From: Blastocatellia bacterium
GTDB taxonomy: Bacteria > Acidobacteriota > Blastocatellia > UBA7656
DNA length: 64,000 nucleotides
Direction: 5' to 3'
Assembly: GCA_035634255.1 (NCBI GenBank)
Contig: DASQDI010000034.1
Location: forward strand, 32,509 to 96,508
The position numbers and the translations under genes were made by a program. A model generated the notes under the pieces. The model searched no databases, was not told the origin of the DNA, and worked only from the letters and a program-made list of their open reading frames with translations. How positions within the stretch are numbered: the first letter of the stretch is position 1; each line of letters starts with the position of its first letter. Below, one piece after another: positions 10,038 to 19,186 of this stretch.

Positions 10038-10733
10038 CTAGTCGAAAGCGCCGCCCTTAAGCGGCCGTATCCTTTCTAAAACGGCAGACACCATGCGGTC
10101 GCAACTGGCACCCATGAATTGAAATGCTGATGCCGTGGCCGCCCCGGTCTGCGCGTATATGTTCTTGCGCAGCAGCGAACGCGCTCGGTGCAGCCGTACC
10201 TTGACTGCCTCTTCACTGAGATCAAGACATTCGGCTGTCTCTGCCGTACTCATCTCTTCTACCTCCCGCAACATGAAAACTGACCGGTAGGTCTCAGGCA
10301 GCCTGTCTACGGCCGCCTCCAAGACCATCCTCATCTTATGAGTCAGCATTTCCTGCTCGGGAGATGGCGATTTGGATTCCAGGCTCATGCCACCCTCCAT
10401 TGACTCGGGCGCGGCGTCGATCTCTACCAGCCTCTTGCGGCTGCGCGCCCTGGCCAGCGCCTCATGCACCGCGATCTTAGTCAGCCAGGTCGAGAACCTG
10501 GCCCGGCCGTCGAACTGATCCAGATGCATGTAAGAGCGGACGTAAGCGTCCTGCGTCACGTCCTCGGCCTCGGCGGCGTCGCCCAGGATGGAGCGGGTTA
10601 CGCGGTATAGCCGCTGGTTATACCGCCGCATCAGTATCTCAAACAGGGCGGTCTCCCCGGCGCGCACCCGCTCGACCACTTCTTCGTCGGTCATAACGCT
10701 TGCCACTGTATTAATTGCCGCCGTAATTATCAT
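10038..10733 (-). CDS. ECF-type RNA polymerase sigma-70 family factor (alternative start at 10694)
   Basis: Region 2-like segment (DAAEAEDVTQDAYVRSYMHLDQFDGRARFSTWLTKIAVHEALARAR) and region 4 HTH (LREVEEMSTAETAECLDLSEEAVKVRLHRARSLLRK). Confidence 0.8.
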   Translation of the reverse strand: MIITAAINTVASVMTDEEVVERVRAGETALFEILMRRYNQRLYRVTRSILGDAAEAEDVTQDAYVRSYMHLDQFDGRARFSTWLTKIAVHEALARARSRKRLVEIDAAPESMEGGMSLESKSPSPEQEMLTHKMRMVLEAAVDRLPETYRSVFMLREVEEMSTAETAECLDLSEEAVKVRLHRARSLLRKNIYAQTGAATASAFQFMGASCDRMVSAVLERIRPLKGGAFD

Positions 10734-10955
10734 GTCATATCGCCCCCTAAATTTAGCTCCCTGTACTTACATGCTCTCTATATACAGAGTCTCTTTCTCG
10801 AAAAAGGTTACAGACTTCATTCCGTTGCGGTTTTATGACCGGTGATCTCTTAACAGGGCTCGGAAATTCATTCGCACGGAATCCAATGGAAGGATTCGGC
10901 TGGGGCAGCACAAGTTCGCGATTTTATTGGGAAGCTCCAAGAATCTCGCATTGAT

Positions 10956-11156
10956 TTGGGGATAATATTCGCCCAAAATGGCATACCGGGCGAACCTGAG
11001 GTGGCAGATGCAGTTAGAGAAATCCACGCCGCATTTGATAACTTTGGATTGTACGTATGGGTAGTTTTCGAAGAAGATTTAAGGGTTATCGAATCAGGAG
11101 CAAACTTCTACGAAATTCATGATGGCGAAATGGATCATTTGCGATTTGATTTCTGA
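10956..11156 (+). CDS. Small acidic hypothetical protein (66 aa) in a low-GC intergenic island
   Basis: ORF in a ~500-bp AT-richer stretch (10734-11243). No recognisable motif. Coding status uncertain. Confidence 0.25.
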   Translation: MGIIFAQNGIPGEPEVADAVREIHAAFDNFGLYVWVVFEEDLRVIESGANFYEIHDGEMDHLRFDF

Positions 11157-11243
11157 CAACTTACGCCGTGTCTAACAAGCGCATGCTACGAATAGTCATG
11201 CCGCCAAGTATCGCAGCCGTGCGATGAGAGGGAGGCACAAGTT

Positions 11244-11849
11244 ATGCTGAATGGGGTCGCTAAAATCTTACTCGTTCTAATCGTGATGGCGCTTGGTGAC
11301 ATAGCGCTTCGGACACGGTTACCATCTCCGTATGCGCAGGCTCAATCGCCCGCCGCACAACCCGTTAAAGATAACGAAGAATTAAAGCGCCTGTGCGATG
11401 AAGATCAAGCCGACCGTACCCCGCCCGGAGGGAAGCCCATAGATTGGGCGAAGGTCGGGCCGCGTGACAAAGCGCGGCTCAAACGGGTGAAGGAAATCTA
11501 CAGGCAGAACCTTTTGCGAACCGCCAATGACTACGACTGCGCCGCCACGGTCCTTCAACATGGTGACGGGCCGGAAGATTTCCTATTAGCGCATGAGTTT
11601 TGGATCGTAGCGATCAGCAAGGGCAAGAACGATAAGGATACGCTGTCGTTGGCGGCAGCTAGCGAGGACCGCTTCCTGATGAAGATTGGCAGGCCGCAGC
11701 GCTTCGGCACGCAGCTCCACTCAGAAGGGGAGGGCCCCATCGTGCTGTATCCGGTAGACGAAGGCGTGAGTGATGAACTACGGCGTTTGATGATCGGACA
11801 TTCGCTAGCAGAGATAAAGGCGCGGGTGGCAGCAATGAATAAGAAATGA
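11244..11849 (+). CDS. Hypothetical protein with N-terminal signal-anchor/signal peptide (201 aa)
   Basis: N-terminus MLNGVAKILLVLIVMALGDIAL is hydrophobic. aggga-type SD (gagggagg) upstream of the ATG. No known domain recognised. Confidence 0.5.
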   Translation: MLNGVAKILLVLIVMALGDIALRTRLPSPYAQAQSPAAQPVKDNEELKRLCDEDQADRTPPGGKPIDWAKVGPRDKARLKRVKEIYRQNLLRTANDYDCAATVLQHGDGPEDFLLAHEFWIVAISKGKNDKDTLSLAAASEDRFLMKIGRPQRFGTQLHSEGEGPIVLYPVDEGVSDELRRLMIGHSLAEIKARVAAMNKK

Positions 11850-11985
11850 TGTGGCGCCGCGGCATGACAAGTCAACGGGCCGGAGGCCGGGAAGCAAATT
11901 TCGTATGAAACAATTAATGTCGTTTGCGGCCCAGGTCGACTCGGCGTCAGGCTTTAACTGTGAGCCAAACAATGTGGAGTCAATT

Positions 11986-13086
11986 ATGAAACTCTTTATG
12001 ACGGTCTCGATTCTGGTCATTTCCCTGACCGCCTCGATCACGGCCTCGGGCCAGGACATAAGGCGGCAAGTAGATGATTTAATCAAAGCGGAGATGGCGA
12101 AACTTCACATACCCGGAGCGGCGGTGGCAGTGCTCCGCGACGGCGAGACGGAACTGATCCAGGGTTATGGGTTGGCAAATATCGAGCGGAAGATCCCCGT
12201 GACGCCGGACACCGTCTTCCAGATCGCCTCGACGACTAAGCCTTTTACGGCCATGTGCGTAATGATGCTTGTTGAAGAAGGCAAGGTTTCGCTTGATGAA
12301 AAAGCGATGAAATACCTTCCCTGGCTGCCGGCAATCTACAGCGAGGTTACGGTGCGCCAACTCCTGACGCATACTTCAGGAATAAACAGGGACGTTCGGA
12401 CGGCTAACGTAGATAACTTTACTATTGATGAGTTCAAGAGAAGGTTTGCTGCCGCGTCAGTCTCTTTCAAACCGGGCGAAAGGTGGGAGTATAGCAACAA
12501 CGGTTACATCCTACTCGGATTGATTGTTGAGGCCGTTAGCGGAAAACCCTTCGGAGAGAATCTGGCCCGGCGTATCACCGGGCCGCTTGGCATGAATGAC
12601 ACCGGGTACAATGAGCCGCCCACTGCCAAAATGAAGAATCGGGCGACCGGGTACGACTGGATTGAGAATGCTTATCGTCCGAGTCCTTATTTCTCCGGCG
12701 GCTACACGGGAGGCGCGATCACCTCCACCATATCCGATATGGCGAAATGGGGGCGGGCGCTCTCCGCAGGGAGACTACTCAATCGATCAAGTTTCGAGCA
12801 AATATGGACACCCGCTAAACTGATCGACGGGCGGCCGGGCAGTTTTGACTTTCGCGGGGAGCAATCGGGCTACGGGTTCGGCTGGTTTCTGACGAGCTAC
12901 AAGGGCCGTAAGTTATTCACCCATGGGGGGACGGTCTCAGGATTCTCGAGCCAAGTCCATCGCTTTGTTGATGACAAAGTTACCATTATCGTTCTTACTA
13001 ACAGTAAATCCGGACCAGACAGGATCGGGTTTGCTGAGGTCCTGGCACGTGGCATAGCCGACCTCTACTTCTCTGACGGGACCTAA
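11986..13086 (+). CDS. Beta-lactamase-fold serine hydrolase (class C beta-lactamase/PBP-like), secreted
   Basis: S-x-x-K active-site motif in FQIASTTKPFTAM. Later YSNNGY (Y-x-N) and HGG (KTG-equivalent) motifs. Signal peptide MKLFMTVSILVISLTASITASGQ. ATG chosen at 11986; the ORF track extends to 11851. Confidence 0.75.
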   Translation: MKLFMTVSILVISLTASITASGQDIRRQVDDLIKAEMAKLHIPGAAVAVLRDGETELIQGYGLANIERKIPVTPDTVFQIASTTKPFTAMCVMMLVEEGKVSLDEKAMKYLPWLPAIYSEVTVRQLLTHTSGINRDVRTANVDNFTIDEFKRRFAAASVSFKPGERWEYSNNGYILLGLIVEAVSGKPFGENLARRITGPLGMNDTGYNEPPTAKMKNRATGYDWIENAYRPSPYFSGGYTGGAITSTISDMAKWGRALSAGRLLNRSSFEQIWTPAKLIDGRPGSFDFRGEQSGYGFGWFLTSYKGRKLFTHGGTVSGFSSQVHRFVDDKVTIIVLTNSKSGPDRIGFAEVLARGIADLYFSDGT

Positions 13087-13478
13087 ACACGGGTTGAGCG
13101 GGCGGCAAGAATTTGACCGGCATTGGTGACTGCTCGCGCCGCGAGGAATTAGCGCGATTGTTCTCAGTCGGCGGGCCAGTTTCCGAATTGGTCAGCGAGG
13201 ACCGAGATGGTCGCTGGTGGCCGACTACTGGGCCGACGGCAGCGCCCTCGTAAAAACACATGGAACAGTCCTGCGAGGCACACCCTGAAGGCGCTCCGAT
13301 AATCACCATCGGCTTTGAGGCAAGAAGAATAAACTGATCCCCGCGGTCAGACCCGGACCTTAATCGAGATTTGATCGATACGGACTATTTGCCGATGGCC
13401 TTTTCGGCCCGGCCGTAGTAGCGGGTTGAAGATAAGCCCTTTTGCCTTTACCATCTATAAAAGAGAAGGGCCATCATT

Positions 13479-14435
13479 ATGATCCGAGTTTTAATGTTTG
13501 ATTTGTACGGTACTCTTGTTCGAGGTGATAGTCTGTTTCCTCATGCGCGTGAAGCTCTTGCGGTAGTATCCAAGTTCGAGACAAGCGCAGGCGACCCGCT
13601 CGATTTGTGTCTTGTTTCAGACTTTGACATGCCGGCACCCCCTGCGACGCCGCAGAAGACTGAGAGCATCTTTAATAAATATATCTCGATATTGAATGAT
13701 CTCGATTTGCAGGATTTTTTCGAGCCGGTCCGGCGGCATGTTACGCTCTCGGCCCATGCGGGAGCGCCCAAACCTGACAGGCGCGTCTTCGAAAAAGCCC
13801 TTGAACGGCTCGGCACCGACGCACATTTAAGCGAGTGCCTATTCATTACTGAGAACAAAGAGCACGCCGCTGCCTGCCGCAAGTTGGGGATGGTCACCTT
13901 AGAATTCAACCCCCTTGGACCCGGAGAAGGCGACTTTCATGACTGGTCAGAAGCCCCTTCGATAATTGCTCAAACTGTTGCGCCCGATAGCTTCTTTGAT
14001 ATGCAACTGGCGCTGAAACTACGACTGGCAACAGCTCATGATATGGAATTAGTGACGATCAGCACGGGTTCGACCAAAGGCCGCATCCGCGGACGAGCGA
14101 AGGTCTTGCATCCTGTCACGTTAATGGCCGACGAGGGTTCTGAGAAAGTGCAAGTGCCGGTCCCTGTCGACGTGGAGATCGAGATGAGTGAGGAGGGAAA
14201 AATCAAATCAGTCAAGGCCGGCGAGCCTGACCCCGAGTACCTGGCCGAATCTGCTCATTTTATTGAGACCCTCAGAGAACACGGCCAGATCGCAAGCGAG
14301 CACAGCAAGCCTACGCCGGGCCAGACGTATCAGGAAGAGACCGACGAAAAGGGCCGCAAGCTGTTAAAACACATACGCTCCACAGCCCTCCCGGAGGGGA
14401 GATCACGCCGGCTTAAAAATGGCACAAGAACCTGA
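13479..14435 (+). CDS. HAD-superfamily hydrolase-like protein with C-terminal extension
   Basis: N-terminal motif I VLMFDLYGTLV (DxYGT, HAD-like). Remainder unrecognised. Overlaps the convergent gene 14413..15969 by ~20 nt at the 3' ends. Confidence 0.5.
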   Translation: MIRVLMFDLYGTLVRGDSLFPHAREALAVVSKFETSAGDPLDLCLVSDFDMPAPPATPQKTESIFNKYISILNDLDLQDFFEPVRRHVTLSAHAGAPKPDRRVFEKALERLGTDAHLSECLFITENKEHAAACRKLGMVTLEFNPLGPGEGDFHDWSEAPSIIAQTVAPDSFFDMQLALKLRLATAHDMELVTISTGSTKGRIRGRAKVLHPVTLMADEGSEKVQVPVPVDVEIEMSEEGKIKSVKAGEPDPEYLAESAHFIETLREHGQIASEHSKPTPGQTYQEETDEKGRKLLKHIRSTALPEGRSRRLKNGTRT

Positions 14436-15969
14436 TCCGCGTGAGGACCTTCTTGCCTCCGCGCGCACGTACGACATGCGTAGGCAGGTGGCTCTTCTTT
14501 TTATCGCCGGCGGCGGCCGAAGCGGCGCGGGCGGCTGAGGCCGCGCGTATCGCCCCGCGCGGGGTAGTGGGTCCGGGCATTTCGTCTTCGAATACGATGG
14601 CATCCTTCTCGAGCAGCGTTTCGACAAACGTGTGCACCTCGTCCGTCGTGACGCTCTCTTGCGGTAACGCGCTCACGATGGCCGCGCGTCTGCCTGAAGA
14701 CCCGACGAGGATAGGTTCGGAGACGACCGCGACCACATCGCGCAACCTTTCGCTCAACCCGCTAAGCGGGACCTCCCGGTGATGCACCGCCTCGGCAAAA
14801 TTTTCGCCGCCGATCTTAACCGCATTAACGGTGAGCCTCGATTGAGGCGCGGCGCCGAGCCGCCGCTTTAAGTCCTCGCGAGTAGTCGCCGTCAGGATGG
14901 GGGCGCCCCCCCTCGTGGCCGCGGCGATCCTGGGCGCTTCGCCCGCCAGGCTCGCTCTCGGGGCCAGCATCGCAGAGACCCCCAGGCTGATACCATGGCG
15001 CGAAAAGGCTTCACGTATGGCGTCGCGATTCGCGCCACTGTTGGTCTCCTGGTCTACCAGAGCCATGGCGCGCCCGACGGATTGGAAAAAGCGCGGGGTT
15101 TCTTGAGCCTGCCGCGTCCCGCCGATCAAGAGTTTGCCCGCCGTCTGCGCAGCCTTCCACAGATTCGCCTGATTGCGTGCGGTGTGGGAGGCAAAAATGT
15201 TGCGGATCAAGTCATAGAAACAGCCCGCGAAAACCCGCCCGAAGCTGTGAACCTCAGACGTGAGCACCGAAGGCTTGCCGGATTTCGGCAAGGTCGTGGG
15301 CAGCTGCCATTTAAAATTATTGAGCGCACGGCGCGGCGCGGAGGCGTCAAAGTCCGGCCCCTCGGCGCGCTTCGTCCCATCGGCCAAATCTTCCATCACT
15401 GCCTCTACAAAATTCTTACCCCCTAAATCCGGCGATATGTTAAGAAGCGCGTTGCGCGTCGCCTGGTCGGACAAGGCCGTGAGGATCGCCACGCAATCGC
15501 CGAAGGCTTCGTGAAACGCATTCGGTTCGGGTAAGGTGGTGTCCCAGAGGTCAGGCCTGATGGCGTCTAAAAAAGCGTGGCCGCACTCGTGCGCGACGAC
15601 ATCGGTGCTGGCCCCCGAAAAGGTGGTCTTGTTGCCGGTCGTGTACTCATAAAACTCTAGCGATTGCCGGCTGTAGCCCGCGTTGAGATCAAAACCGGCG
15701 TTTTGCAGCAGGGATAGTTTCTTCGGCGAAGATGTGCCCCAGGCAGACAATTTGCCGCTGAGGCCTTCCCACACCTCTATCGCCAGAAGCGATGCCTCCC
15801 GACACTGCCAGAAGAGAAACTCCGGCGTGCCGCGGTCATACAGACCTTCCGCGACGGCGCCCGTGTAAGCGAGGCCGGCGCTACCGGCCGGGCGATCACC
15901 TCTGGGCTGTTTCTTGCGCATCGGCGGCCCATTTTGAGCCAGGGGGTCGTTCGGAATGAAGTTGATCAT
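14413..15969 (-). CDS. Thermolysin-like (gluzincin) metallopeptidase-like protein, no signal peptide
   Basis: VVAHECGHAFLD is an HExxH motif. NAFHEAFGDCVA lies 20 residues downstream; it resembles the M4 NEAxSD third-ligand Glu motif at M4-like spacing. No N-terminal hydrophobic signal. C-terminal Ala/Lys/Arg-rich tail. Confidence 0.55.
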   Translation of the reverse strand: MINFIPNDPLAQNGPPMRKKQPRGDRPAGSAGLAYTGAVAEGLYDRGTPEFLFWQCREASLLAIEVWEGLSGKLSAWGTSSPKKLSLLQNAGFDLNAGYSRQSLEFYEYTTGNKTTFSGASTDVVAHECGHAFLDAIRPDLWDTTLPEPNAFHEAFGDCVAILTALSDQATRNALLNISPDLGGKNFVEAVMEDLADGTKRAEGPDFDASAPRRALNNFKWQLPTTLPKSGKPSVLTSEVHSFGRVFAGCFYDLIRNIFASHTARNQANLWKAAQTAGKLLIGGTRQAQETPRFFQSVGRAMALVDQETNSGANRDAIREAFSRHGISLGVSAMLAPRASLAGEAPRIAAATRGGAPILTATTREDLKRRLGAAPQSRLTVNAVKIGGENFAEAVHHREVPLSGLSERLRDVVAVVSEPILVGSSGRRAAIVSALPQESVTTDEVHTFVETLLEKDAIVFEDEMPGPTTPRGAIRAASAARAASAAAGDKKKSHLPTHVVRARGGKKVLTRIRFLCHF

Positions 15970-16039
15970 AGGTGTCCTTTCTGGCGCTGGGGCGCAACCT
16001 GAACTGATGATACTACCCTTCGGCTGCGCGGCCTTGTTT

Positions 16040-18418
16040 TCATCGGCGTGGGATGGGAGTGATGAGGCTATCGCGCGCCTGCATAATGTCGATCATGGCC
16101 TCAAAACTAAATCGCTCATCCCCGTCCTTGTTTTCAAGCTTCTTAATTCCCTCACCTACAGAGTACAGGTAACCGCTACGCTGTGTTATGCCGACAGTCT
16201 CCATGGGAACAATCCGTAGATTAGCCACCTCTTGCATGATCTCTTGATAGGCGTTCTTACCGTGATACCACGGCCAGCGCTGGACGGTTGAGAGGTCGCC
16301 CTTCTTCTCGCCCGCCGGCGGTATAGGGGTCTGGAACCCTTCGGCCACCTTCTTGAAATCGTTCTGGAATTTATCGCTCCGCCAGTAACCTGGGAGGGCA
16401 TGATTTTTGAACAGGAAGATGACCGGGAAGATATCGACGTACTCAAGGCACGCGGCCAAAAGTAAGGCGAGGTCAATGCACGTACCCCGCCGACCGTTGA
16501 TGATTTCAGAAGGGGTGCGCAAGCGCTGCGAGGCGATGTTGTAGGTCGGGGGAGGGTTGATGTAGCTGATATTCATGTTATAAAGGAGCGCCGCCCAAAG
16601 AGCCCTCACCTGCTGGTCGACCCCATCGTAAGGCTTATCGGCGCCCGCGTCGACCGCCTGGTAACCATCGAACCCCGCGCTGCTGTCATCGCGCAACGCC
16701 ATCACATAAGCCTGCGCGACGTCAACGATCTTACTGACAGCGGGGTCGCGCGGCAGGACGAAAGAAGGCAGCCAGACGCGCTCCGCGTCGTTGCCGCGCC
16801 ATTCGTCTATCGGCGGCAAAGTGACGCGGTAGGTCTGCCGGTGAAGCAACTGTTTTTGCCATGAGACCTCGACGAAGAGCCCCGTATGTACATTCTCGTT
16901 ATTGAGGAAGTCTATCGAGTAGAAGAGCGGCACACGTATATCTTTGTTCAGGTCGCGCGACGATTCGGCCATGTCAACAGAGCCGCTATAGCGCGAGCTT
17001 TCCCCTCCGACGTACAGCACCACGTCAACCTGAATGTCATTGACGCATCCGGGCGGGTCCTTCTCCTTACGCAGCATGAATTTTTCAAATAACTCGCAGT
17101 TGTTATGCAGCGTCGAGTAGTTCAAATTATTGCAGGTCTTAACCTCGACCGAGAGAAGTTTGCGGGCGTCCCTCCCGTGGAGGTCCTCGACCGTTATGAC
17201 TTTCTTTTTCTCCGTGAGCAGGTCGGTCCGGACCCTCTCCGAGGCTTCCGATTGAGGCTTGACCAGGGATTGCGCGCTCCACAGGACCACCCCCGTGCCC
17301 ATCAGCCGCTGGGGCTGTTGCTTGAGCAGGTTGCAGGCGTACTTGAAAGCCTCTAAAGTGTCCCAGTTGAACCGCCTCCAGGCTTCATAGAAACTGTCGA
17401 AGAAAAGCTCCGTCAAGGCATCTTCGAACTCGTCCTGGAATCCAATCGCGGCGCCTGCGCCTTCAGCTACGATCAAAGAGCTGACACGCTGGGCGGAGTA
17501 AAATATATTGCAAGAGACGAGCGCGGGCTTACGCGCGGCGGCATTGAGCAACCGCGCGAGGTCTTTAGCTTCGACCGGGTCGACGCCGGGGTCACCCGTT
17601 AACAAATAGCCGTCGAGCACCTCCTCCACGTTTAATACGCCTAGAGTCACTGCTTGATTAGTGTCGAAGCCCGACAGGTGAATGACGTCCGGCGCGTAAC
17701 CGGTGATTTTCGCGCCTACGCTCTGGCGAGTTCCGTCCGTGATGATTTCATGCCGAAGGCCCAGGCTCGACTCCACCAGATGGCGCTCGGAATCGAAAGT
17801 GTATTGCTGCCCCAGTTCTCCGGGGGCACTCTCGATAATCAACAATTTTTCCGGCTTCTTATTGTGGGCTGCTTTCGTCTGTCTCTGTAAGTGGCGGATA
17901 ACCGTTAAGGCCTTCCCCTGTCGGAAAGGACGTGTGGCCGCGCTTAACATGTACTCCCATGGGAATACGCGCGCTTCCCAGCCATCTTCTTCGGACGTGA
18001 AAGGGACGGCGACTTCTACGACGTCGGACTCCGCGATGCCACGTAAGTGGTCCCGTTTGATGCCGAGCTTATCGAGTTCCGTCTGGCAGCGTTGAATCTG
18101 TTCTTCGCGAGCAGACTCGGACGTGTTCCATCGGCGGCGATTGCACAGGATATAGGACCACTGCGCCGCCGCGCGCTGGAAGTCTTTGCTGCTCTGGAGA
18201 GTCGTCACCTCACCGGCGGGCGTGCGGAGATGAACCGTCACCCATTCTTTGGCGGGCGTTGCAGGATGCGGCATCCTTATTTTTCGCCGACCCGAGCCGG
18301 AAGCGGTAGCCGATTTCCGCGCCCCGTGTGCTTTACCTTTTTTGCCGGCTAGACCTTTCTTGCTCGGTTGCGAGCCCTTGTAGGAGGCCCCGATCCGCGC
18401 TTTTTTTGATGACGGCAT
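16040..18418 (-). CDS. Multi-domain cytoplasmic protein: polybasic (Lys-rich) N-terminal tail, CHAT/caspase-like domain, C-terminal transglutaminase-like Cys-protease core
   Basis: N-terminus MPSSKKARIGASYKGSQPSKKGLAGKKGKAHGARK. The segment DVIHLSGFD...KPALVSCNIFYSAQRVSSLIVAEGAGAAIGFQDEFEDALTELFFDSFYEAW matches the CHAT His...Cys dyad pattern (HxxGHG...LSAC...AGA..V...W.V.D). C-terminal GRRGTCIDLALLLAACLEYVDIFPVIFLFKNHALPGYW resembles the transglutaminase-like G.C.D.A..L.A....GIP...... H...GYW core. Located 70 nt upstream of the co-oriented metallopeptidase gene. Confidence 0.45.
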   Translation of the reverse strand: MPSSKKARIGASYKGSQPSKKGLAGKKGKAHGARKSATASGSGRRKIRMPHPATPAKEWVTVHLRTPAGEVTTLQSSKDFQRAAAQWSYILCNRRRWNTSESAREEQIQRCQTELDKLGIKRDHLRGIAESDVVEVAVPFTSEEDGWEARVFPWEYMLSAATRPFRQGKALTVIRHLQRQTKAAHNKKPEKLLIIESAPGELGQQYTFDSERHLVESSLGLRHEIITDGTRQSVGAKITGYAPDVIHLSGFDTNQAVTLGVLNVEEVLDGYLLTGDPGVDPVEAKDLARLLNAAARKPALVSCNIFYSAQRVSSLIVAEGAGAAIGFQDEFEDALTELFFDSFYEAWRRFNWDTLEAFKYACNLLKQQPQRLMGTGVVLWSAQSLVKPQSEASERVRTDLLTEKKKVITVEDLHGRDARKLLSVEVKTCNNLNYSTLHNNCELFEKFMLRKEKDPPGCVNDIQVDVVLYVGGESSRYSGSVDMAESSRDLNKDIRVPLFYSIDFLNNENVHTGLFVEVSWQKQLLHRQTYRVTLPPIDEWRGNDAERVWLPSFVLPRDPAVSKIVDVAQAYVMALRDDSSAGFDGYQAVDAGADKPYDGVDQQVRALWAALLYNMNISYINPPPTYNIASQRLRTPSEIINGRRGTCIDLALLLAACLEYVDIFPVIFLFKNHALPGYWRSDKFQNDFKKVAEGFQTPIPPAGEKKGDLSTVQRWPWYHGKNAYQEIMQEVANLRIVPMETVGITQRSGYLYSVGEGIKKLENKDGDERFSFEAMIDIMQARDSLITPIPRR

Positions 18419-19186
18419 GCCGCTCTCCTTTCAAGTTCTTAAGGATGAGGGACGGCGATTGTAATCTTCGGTTATAGCCGAGCCAGTCAAATCTTTCTTT
18501 TGTCAGACTAATAGACAAAACCTACGATTAAGAACGCCTGGCCCAGAATTGGTCAGTGAGAGAAGAGATTTGTCCAATTAACGCTTACTCATCGCGTGCC
18601 GAGACCACAATAGAATTCTGAGCAGGAGGGTTGTAACCCGACCGGGAGTGTAATAGCTGCCGCGCCCTGTTGTCAATCCCCTTCATGTCTAAGCTTAGCC
18701 GTATGGTAAACCGGAGTTTTATCATAAGAATTAGGTAGGCATGTCACTCGACGTTAAGGGCTTGACGCCCCTCACGTACGGGGCCAAGATTATAAGCAGC
18801 AGCGATTAACTAAAGCCGTGGACGCAACGGGGCGGACATTATTGCGAATTAACCGCCGGAATACAACTACTCCATCCCGCGCCGATTGAAAAACTGTTGG
18901 TCATGCCTCGACGCCTCATCGAGGCGACGCAAGGCCGGGACCGGCCACAGCACTGATCGCTCCGATTTCGGCAATCGGCGCGGCTCGGGCGCAATACCAA
19001 CTGCTCCGACTTATCTTCAGCAGATTCTTGACGCCGGGATGTTCATCCCGAAGAGGGGATTTGCCATGTTTATTCTACTCGCGTGACGACTGCCGGGCGG
19101 TTTCGCTCGCCCGGGCGGCGAGTAGTTTTATCTTACACATGGAGGCCAAGGCTACATTAACGAAACAGACTTAGGAGGTACAAAAA

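Noticed and set aside
18886-19086. 66-aa ORF in the long hsp20 upstream region
   Set aside because: No SD and no codon bias. Composition matches the non-coding surroundings.
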